A stretch of 64,000 nt of DNA from Macrostomum lignano (lineage: Eukaryota): assembly GCA_002269645.1 (NCBI GenBank), contig NIVC01001592.1, positions 1 through 64,000 of the forward strand. Direction: 5' to 3'. A program made the position numbers and the translations under genes. Below the pieces are notes generated by a model, which made no database searches, had not been told where the DNA came from, and saw only the letters and a list, made by a program, of their open reading frames with translations. Positions within the stretch are counted from its first letter, which is position 1. Every line of letters begins with the position of its first letter. Shown one piece after another: positions 55,165 through 64,000 of this stretch.

Positions 55165-56550
55165 CTAGACTGTTGCCATAGTTACCTGCTAGACTGTTGC
55201 CATTGTTACCTGCTAGATTGTCGCTATAGTTACCTGCTAGATTGTCGCTATAGTTACCTGCTAGACTGTTGCCATTGTTACCTGCTAGATTGTCGCTATA
55301 GTTACCTGCTAGACTGTTGCCATAGTTACCTGCTAGACTGTTGCCATAGTTACCTGCTAGACTGTTGCCATAGTTACCTGATAGACTGTTGCCATTGTTA
55401 CCTGCTAGATTGTCGCTATAGTTACCTGCTAGACTGTCACCATAGTTACCTGATAGACTGTTGCCATTGTTACCTGCTAGATTGTCGCTATAGTTACCTG
55501 CTAGACTGTTGCCATAGTTACCTGCTAGACTGTTGCCATAGTTACCTGATAGACTGTTGCCATTGTTACCTGCTAGATTGTCGCTATAGTTACCTGCTAG
55601 ACTGTCACCATAGTTACCTGATAGACTGTTGCCATTGTTACCTGCTAGATTGTCGCTATAGTTACCTGCTAGATTGTCGCTATAGTTACCTGCTAGACTG
55701 TTGCCATTGTTACCTGCTAGATTGTCGCTATAGTTACCTGCTAGACTGTTGCCATAGTTACCTGCTAGACTGTTGCCATAGTTACCTGCTAGACTGTTGC
55801 CATAGTTACCTGCTAGACTGTTGCCATAGTTACCTGCTAGACTGTTGCCATAGTTACCTGCTAGACTGTTGCCATAGTTACCTGATAGACTGTTGCCATT
55901 GTTACCTGCTAGATTGTCGCTATAGTTACCTGCTAGACTGTCACCATAGTTACCTGATAGACTGTTGCCATTGTTACCTGCTAGATTGTCGCTATAGTTA
56001 CCTGCTAGACTGTTGCCATAGTTACCTGCTAGACTGTTGCCATAGTTACCTGATAGACTGTTGCCATTGTTACCTGCTAGATTGTCGCTATAGTTACCTG
56101 CTAGACTGTCACCATAGTTACCTGATAGACTGTTGCCATTGTTACCTGCTAGATTGTCGCTATAGTTACCTGCTAGATTGTCGCTATAGTTACCTGCTAG
56201 ACTGTCACCATAGTTACCTGATAGACTGTTGCTATAGTTACCTGCTAGACTGTTGCCATAGTTACCTGCTAGACTGTTGCCATAGTTACCTGATAGACTG
56301 TTGCCATTGTTACCTGCTAGATTGTCGCCATAGTTACCTGATAGACTTGTTATAGTTACCTGATAGACTTGCTATAGTTACCTGCTAGACTGTCGCCATA
56401 GTTACCTGATAGACTTGCTATAGTTACCTGCTAGACTGTCGCCATAGTTACCTGATAGACTTGCTATAGTTACCTGCTAGACTGTCGCCATAGTTACCTA
56501 ATAGACTGTTGCTATAGTTACTTGCTAGACTGTCGCTATAATTACCTGCT
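55165..56550. repeat. Minisatellite, 24-nt unit
   Basis: Unit ctgctagactgttgccatagttac. Confidence 0.93.
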
Positions 56551-56819
56551 AGAACAAAGTTGCAGTTCTAAAAGCAGCAAGTGGTTAAGCATGACCAACA
56601 GTCAGTCTGCGACTAGAGCTAAAAGCGTTCAACCATACCTATTAGACATTTCAGCCCCATCCGCTTTTAGTAACAGCGAAGACACTAAATTATTTAGAGA
56701 GTCGTAAAAGGATGGAATAGAGGATGGATCGCTTTTTTAAAAAGTCTGGTCGCATGGTGCGGTGGGCAGCAGTGCATGAACCGGAGCAGATTATAGCGAG
56801 CGATTAAAATATGGAAATA

Positions 56820-57500
56820 GGCAGTCGGAACTGCAGTCAGGCAGTTGTCACTGCAGTCAGGCAGTTGTCACTGCAGTCAGGCAGTCGGAACTGCAGTCAG
56901 GCAGTTGTCACTGCAGTCAGGCAGTCGGAACTGCAGTCAGGCAGTTGTCACTGCAGTCAGGCAGTTGTCACTGCAGTCAGGCAGTCGGAACTGCAGTCAG
57001 GCAGTTGTCACTGCAGTCAGGCAGTTGTCACTGCAGTCAGGCAGTCGGAACTGCAGTCAGGCAGTTGTCACTGCAGTCAGGCAGTCGGAACTGCAGTCAG
57101 GCAGTTGTCACTGCAGTCAGGCAGTTGTCACTGCAGTCAGGCAGTTGTCACTGCAGTCAGGCAGTCGGAAGTGCAGCCAGGCAGTCGGAAGTGCAGCCAG
57201 GCAGTTGTCACTGCAGTCAGGCAGTTGTCACTGCAGTCAGGCAGTCGGAAGTGCAGTCAGGCAGTTGTCACTGCAGTCAGGCAGTTGTCACTGCTGTCAG
57301 GCAGTCGGAACTGCAGTCAGGCAGTTGTCACTGCAGTCAGGCAGTCGGAAGTGCAGCCAGGCAGTCGGAAGTGCAGTCAGGCAGTTGTCACTGCAGTCAG
57401 GCAGTTGTCACTGCAGTCAGGCAGTCGGAAGTGCAGTCAGGCAGTCGGAACTGCAGTCAGGCAGTCGGCACTGCAGTCAGGCAGTCGGCACTGCAGCCAA
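56820..57500. repeat. Minisatellite, 20-nt unit
   Basis: Units gcagtcaggcagttgtcact and gcagtcaggcagtcggaact. Confidence 0.93.
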
Positions 57501-57944
57501 TTATCGTGGTACTGAATTAAACAGGACAAGAGTTAGCGATGAAAGCAGACAAAGTTTTACAAGCGAAAGGTAGCAAGCATAGCAAGGTACATGCAGTCCT
57601 TGCGGCCTATTAATCAAGCGAAAGGTCTAAAGTGGCAATTCAAGGCGATGCAGCTGCATTCCGATAAATTAAGGAGCAACAAGACCTGCAACTTGCTGCG
57701 CATGCCCAGCGGCTCCGTCAGTACAGACAGCAATCTGCATGATTGATGCCCCAAGGCAAATCTGTATTAACATGTACTGTTAATCTGTATTCTGTGACCT
57801 TTAATAATAAAAATAATTACAGATTATGTCTGCCACAATGGCCAGATGTGCAACCGACAGCTCAGCCGCAGCTATTGCGCGGCGCATCTGAAGGCTGCGT
57901 ACGGCTGTTCAGTCCAAGGACTGGGGGGTCGCCACACACAGCCT

Positions 57945-58085
57945 CAATTACCCCAGCTTAACTCTGAAGCAATGCAGAGTTAAGTGTCTTGCTTTAGGAC
58001 ACAAATTGTTCCGATTGGGTAAAGAATCGAACCCCCGACCTTTCAGTTGTGAGTCCCACGCTCTAGCCACTAGGCTACAACTCCC
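57945..58085 (-). mobile_element. tRNA-derived SINE family 1, second copy
   Basis: Minus strand gggagttgtagcctagtggctagagcg...ggttcgattc...tgtgtcctaaagcaagacacttaactctgcattgcttcag matches 34654-34790. Confidence 0.72.
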
Positions 58086-58789
58086 TGCTAGACTAGAGTG
58101 ACCATTACAAATAGGGACAGACATACTTCACTACTGCGGTTATTATCACATGACTATATAAAAATAACAGGACACTGATAAGACGAAAAAGAAGTCTACA
58201 AAAGAAGGTAATAATAATACTAAGTTAATTAACCCAATGGTGCATGCATATGACTTTATATTTCCATGTCAATTTTATACACAGAAGAAGCGGGAACGCG
58301 TTAGTACCATTGGCATTGCAGTTCGCTCAGTCAAATAAATGGAATTTTAAAAAGGATTAAATTTAGAGACAGGGACAGCATTAGAAATTGATCAGTGATA
58401 CTTTAATAATTGATACTAAAATGCAGAGAGCTTTTCACAACTAAAATGTAATATTTAATTAATGCATTTAGCAAAGAGCTGCAAAACATTTGAGCTAGTA
58501 GTCATTCATAAAAAGTGCATTCAAATATGCTAATTATGCGCTATTTAGTAAAAATCTACTAAATTAACGCTTAGATTATAGTTAATCCAATATCCTTGGC
58601 AGTGAGCCAAGCGCCACAAGAACCAAATCTTTCCCAGGGTTGGGAGTTTCAGGCTGTATTAAATGGGAAGTCAATAACAATTAATAACAAGATATTGCTT
58701 CAACTGACTTTTGCTCAGTGGCAGCATCAACCAGCGAAATGCCAATAAGAAAGGGCTAGTTCCAACAAAGGGCAACAGAGGTTAAAGTT

Positions 58790-59450
58790 CAGTTAAGGTC
58801 AAGAGTGCACAGGGTCAGCTGAGGTCAGAGGTCAGTCGGGGTCAATAGTGTCGGAGCAGAGGTCAGCTAAGGTCAAAGGCCAGTGGGAAGTCAATAGTGT
58901 CGGAGTGGAGGTCAACTAAGGTCAAAGGTCAGTGGGGGTCAATGTCGGAGCGGAGGTCAGCAAAGGTCAAAGTTCAGTGGGAAGTCAATAGTGTCGGAGC
59001 GGAGGTCAGCTAAGGTCAAAGGCCAGTGGGAAGTCAATAGTGTCGGAGCGGAGGTCAGCAAAGGTCAAAGGTCAGTGAGGGTCAATAGTGTCAGAGCGGA
59101 TGTCAGCTAAGGTCAAAGGCCAGTGAGAAGTCAATAGTGTCGGAGCGGAGGTCAGCAAAAGTCAAAGGTCAGTGGGAAGTCAATAGTGTCGGAGCGGAGG
59201 TCAGCTAAGGTCAAAGGTCAGTGAGGGTCAAAAGTGTCGAAGCGGAGGTCAGCTAAGTCAAAGGTCAGTGAGGGTCAAAAGTGTTGGAGCGGAGGTCAGC
59301 TAAGGTCAAAGGTCAGTGAGGGTCAAAAGTGTTGGAGCGGAGGTCAGCTAAGGTCAAAGGTCAGTGAGGGTCGAAAGTGTTGGAGCGGAGGTCAGCTAAG
59401 GTCAAAGGTCAGTGAGGGTCAATAGTGTCGGAGCGGAGGTCAGCTAAGGT
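58790..59450. repeat. Minisatellite, 48-nt unit
   Basis: Unit ggtcagctaaggtcaaaggtcagtgagggtcaatagtgtcggagcgga. Confidence 0.9.
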
Positions 59451-59462
59451 GAGGAATGCAGT

Positions 59463-62400
59463 TCAGTTGGGCGCCACGCAGCGGCCAGTGAGCTGCAGGC
59501 TGACAAAGTCGCCCTCGCCGGTGGCGAAGGCCACGGTGCAGCTGTAGGCGCCGGGAGCCGGTGGGCGGAACACGAACGGATAATTGCCGGAGTTGCGCTG
59601 ATTCAAAGTGAACTTGGCCAGCGACTGTTTACGCAGGTGGAATGGCGCCTCAGGCTGTTGAGAAACTCGAACGGTCAAATCGAACTGGTTCTTGTTGACG
59701 CACAGAACTTTCTCCGTGGCCTCTTGGCCGGGCGCCAGCTGCGGGAATTCCAGGCGGCTGGTGGCCAGCTCGAACCGGGACCGGTGAGAGGCGGCCAAGG
59801 AAGGTGCGGTCGAGACCAAACTGTGGCGCTGTGCGATAGGAGCATTAGATGGGGTGATGATTCAAGATGATCTAGTACTTTTAGTAGCAGAAGTAAGCTG
59901 CTCTAGTGACGGACTATTCGATAAATCTAGAGACACACCTTAGAGATCTAGAGACCAAAGACACCTATCCAAAGTAAAAAATGGCCAAATATCTGAAGAC
60001 AAAAAAAGGCCTACAAAAAGCAATCCAAAAATACCTTTTATTCGTTGAATGCAACGAATAGATCTAGAGACGAACGAATAGATTTAGAGACGAATCAAAA
60101 GATCTAGAGACGCACCAATAGATCTAGAGACGCACTAAATTATATAGAGACGAACCAAAAGATCTAGAGACGCACCAAAAGATCTAGAGACGCACCAATA
60201 GATCTACAGACGAACCAAAAGATCTAGAGACGAACCAAAAGATCTAGAGACGCACCAATAGATCTACAGACGAACCAAAAGATCTAGAGACGAACCAAAA
60301 GATCTAGAGACGAACCAAAAGATCTAGAGACGCAACAATAGATCTAGAGACGCAACAATAGATCTAGAGACGAACCAAAAGATCTAGAGACGAACCAATA
60401 GATCTAGAGACGAACCAATAGATCTAGAGACGCAACAATAGATCTAGAGACGAACCAAAATATCTAGAGACGAACCAATAGATCTAGAGACGAACCAATA
60501 GATCTAGAGACGCAACAATAGATCTAGAGACACGCGAAAACCAACTATTCTCACCTGGTGCATCATGGCAGCCAGCTGAAGAGTTTTCGACGGACTGGGT
60601 ACCCGCACGGCGGTCCCGGTGGCGCCAACAATACAGTCGACATCATCGCCATCAGCGCAGACAATATCGGCGGAGGCGGCAGACAGCGGGCAGCGGACAG
60701 TCAGACAGGCGGTGCTAGCCTCGGCCAGTTTGCGCAGCTCAGAATCGGACAGTCTCAGCCGGGTCAGAGCGTCGCAGGCGGCCTGACAGACAGGCGACTC
60801 GGCGCAGGCGGCGGTGAGCTGCGCCAGGCCGGAGCTGGTGACCGACAGCAGGCGACGAACTCGGAGACTGTTGGCCAGGGCGGCTGGCAGGCTACGCACC
60901 AGGACCGGCTGCCTCTGATTGGCCAGAGTGGCGTCGTCTGTTGCCGCATCATTAGATGCAGTTGCGGAGGCTGGCAGCTGCGCAGCGAACTTGCCATCGA
61001 GCTCGGTGTCCCACTTGCCCGCAGTCAAACAGTCAGATGGGTGCGCGAAACCGTCCAGGTCGTCTTCGTCCGTGTCGAAAATTAACGACTGGCCCTGTGG
61101 ATAAATTCCGTGATCACGGCTGAATGAGATTGAGTACACCCATTGTTACTTGTTTGAGCACACCGATTGTCACTTGTTTGAGCACACCCATTGTCACTTG
61201 TTTGAGCACACCGATTGTCACTTGTTTGAGCACACCCATTGTCACCTGTTTGAGCACACCCATTGTCAACTGTTTGAGCACACCCATTGTCACTTGTTTG
61301 AGCACACCCATTGTTACTTGTTTGAGCACACCTATTGTCACCTGTTTGAGCACACCCATTGTCACTTGTTTGAGCACACCCATTGGCACCTGTTTGAGCA
61401 CAACCATTGTCACTTGTTTGAGCACACCCATTGTTACTTGTTTGAGCACACCGATTGTCACCTGTTTGAGCACACCCATTGTCACTTGTTTGAGCACACC
61501 CATTGGCACCTGTTTGAGCACACCGATTGTCACCTGTTCGAGCACACCCATTGTCAACTGTTTGAGCACACCCATTGTCACTTGTTTGAGCACACCCATT
61601 GTTACTTGTTTGAGCACACCCATTGTCACCTGTTTGAGCACACCCATTGTCACTTGTTTGAGCACACCCATTGGCACCTGTTTGAGCACAACCATTGTCA
61701 CCTGTTTGAGCACACCGATTGTAACCTCTTTGAGCACACCGATTGTAACCTGTTTGAGCACACCCATTGTCATCTGTTTGAGCACACCCATTGTCACTTG
61801 TTTGAGCACACCCATTGTCACCTGTTTGAGCACACCCATTGTCAACTGTTTGAGCACACCCATTGTCACTTGTTTGAGCACACCCATTGTTACTTGTTTG
61901 AGCACACCCATTGTCACCTGTTTGAGCACACCCATTGTCACTTGTTTGAGCACACCCATTGGCACCTGTTTGAGCACAACCATTGTCACTTGTTTGAGCA
62001 CACCCATTGTTACTTGTTTGAGCACACCGATTGTCACCTGTTTGAGCACACCCATTGTCACTTGTTTGAGCACACCCATTGGCACCTGTTTGAGCACACC
62101 GATTGTCACTTGTTTGAGCACACCCATTGTTACTTGTTTGAGCACACCCATTGTCATCTGTTTGAGCACACCCAGTGTCACTTGTTTGAGCACACCCATT
62201 GGCACTTGTTTGAACACACCCATTGGCACTTGTTTGAGCACACCCATTGTCACCTGTTTGAACACACCCATTGGCACTTGTTTGAGCACACCCATTGGCA
62301 CCTGTTTGAGCACACCCATTGTCACCTGTTTGAGCACATCGATTGTAACCTGTTTGAGCACACCCATTGTCATCTGTTTGAGCACACCCAGTGTCACTTG

Positions 62401-63790
62401 TTTGAGCACACCCATTGGCACTTGTTTGAACACACCCATTGGCACTTGTTTGAGCACACCCATTGTCACCTGTTTGAGCACACCCATTGTCACTTGTTTG
62501 AGCACACCCATTGTCACCTGTTTGAGCACACCGATTGTAACCTCTTTGAGCACACCGATTGTAACCTGTTTGAGCACACCCATTGTCATCTGTTTGAGCA
62601 CACCCATTGTCACTTGTTTGAGCACACCCATTGTCACCTGTTTGAGCACACCGATTGTAACCTGTTTGAGCACACCGATTGTAACCTGTTTGAGCACACC
62701 GATTGTCACTTGTTTGAGCACACCCATTGTCACCTGTTTGAGCACACCGATTGTAACCTGTTTGAGCACACCCATTGTCACTTGTTTGAGCACATCAATT
62801 TTCACCTATTTGAGCACACCCGTGTGGCCATCCGATCAGGTTTTTCGCCCGGTTTTGCTCTGGCTTGCTATGTTTTTTGCCCCATTTCCAGGCGAAGAAC
62901 ATAAACCAGGCGATTTTATCCGGTTTTTCTCTGCCTTTCTAAACCAGGCGAAATTCCGGAGGAAAAACCGTACGAGTGCTCTGGTTTTTTTACCCGGTCC
63001 TTCGCCAGGTTTGGAACCAGTTTAGTTACGCAGGGAAATCCGGAGTAAAAGCGGATGAAATAACATTTCCGCCTGGAATTTTGCCCGGTTCTTTCTCTGG
63101 TTCTTCGACCAGACAAGAGCCGGAGAAAAGAGCTGATGAAAGCCTTTAATTCAGGATTGGGTTGAAAATGGTATGGGAGACACATTGTATAATTGACAAT
63201 TGACATGAAGATTTTCTTGTAATTGTATGTCCTGTAATGTGCTCCTGTTTTGTTCTCTTGCAGTATTTTTTCCGCTCATCTTTATATATATCATATGAGC
63301 GTCTTCGTATGTTACATTACGAGCGTAAACTGAGAATAAAAATATTGTCATTTTAATGCTGTCATCGCACACATTTCTGAAGGCTGCATGCTACTGTGGA
63401 ATTCTAACGTTGATTTCCTCTTTTACAAAAATGTATAAGCAAAGTCCCATCCCTGAATTGGCCCGCTAGGCGTAGCGTACGTAGCAGCCTTTGTTAATAA
63501 AGTTCCATGAATTTCCAGTGCTAGTAATTAAGAAACCTGAAATAATTACAATGGAGCGATCACGACGCGACAGACGATTTTATCAGCGGGCGCGACGACT
63601 GCAACAAAATATTGACGCGGCCTGCGCTGAGTGACTGACCGACCGCGTTCCCCGGTTAGTCGCGCTGTACCTAGTACTTCGCGCAGCAGTAGCACTGTCG
63701 TCGCAGCATCGTCGCAGCTTCTCAGAGGTGCCGAGTCCGTAGACACCGGTGACAGTGAGCCCTCCGAGCATGGTGAGTAGCATCGAGGAT
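59463..63790 (-). CDS. CEP192: CEP192/SPD-2-like centrosomal protein, 3' exons (gene begins beyond window end)
   Basis: Exons 63790-63671, 61119-60555 and 59828-59463 are phase-consistent. The last exon (LEFPQLAPGQEATEKVLCVN...PEAPFHL...YPFVFRPPAPGAYSCTVAFATGEGDFVSLQLTG) resembles the terminal ASH/PapD-like domain of CEP192 (recalled alignment, not computed). Confidence 0.65.
60055..60530. repeat. Intronic minisatellite, 20-nt unit
   Basis: Unit gatctagagacgaaccaaaa. Confidence 0.92.
61135..62820. repeat. Intronic minisatellite, 24-nt unit
   Basis: Unit tgtttgagcacacccattgtcact, about 70 copies, ending about 15 nt from the acceptor at 61120. Confidence 0.95.
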
Positions 63791-64000
63791 CTGCAAAATG
63801 CGGCGCCCCGATATCCGTTGATACAGAAAAACTATCGCGCGTTTCCCACAGACTCCAGTGACGGCAGTGACGCTGAGTCACTTAACTCCAGCGACAGCGA
63901 TGGCCAGGAACAGCCAGTTCTTGATCCCTGGCTACAGCTACCGTGGCACAACGGCGAACCCATCACGGGCACCATTGGTGAAGCTGTGTGTCATATCAAC

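Noticed and set aside
55147-62904. Long Cys/His-rich ORFs (402, 563, 584, 633 aa)
   Set aside because: They arise from 24-nt minisatellites; the 61-63 kb array lies in a CEP192-like intron.
62820-63150. Semi-palindromic CCAGGCG/CCGG-rich segment, possible MITE
   Set aside because: I could not identify a second terminus or a TSD.

Overview
Animal genomic DNA with GC-rich small exons and minisatellite-filled introns. The style fits a macrostomid flatworm such as Macrostomum, but that assignment is inference. Four multi-exon genes were reconstructed from GT-AG junctions and reading-frame phase: a membrane-associated PITP (PITPNM/rdgB-alpha; minus strand, 17547 to <1), carnitine palmitoyltransferase 1 (plus, 30097-38490), a two-exon class A peptide GPCR (plus, 48781-51246) and the 3' end of a CEP192/SPD-2-like gene (minus, >64000 to 59463). 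An intronless, broken Cys-loop receptor gene is nested in CPT1 intron 1. The 17.6-30 kb spacer holds the most unusual material. (i) A Penelope-like retroelement has a 3' hammerhead ribozyme, a linker module placed after the GIY-YIG domain, and an upstream ORF that ends on a U_UUA_AAC slippery heptamer leading in the -1 frame into the RT ORF. (ii) Two inverted copies of a non-autonomous TIR transposon (8-bp and 9-bp TSDs) both carry a ~65-bp piece of 28S rDNA, with the R2/I-PpoI/Pokey target core selectively diverged. (iii) A LINE fragment shows an apparent twin-priming inversion. Most long ORFs in the track are artefacts of tandem repeats. No database searches were run; all homology calls come from motif recognition.
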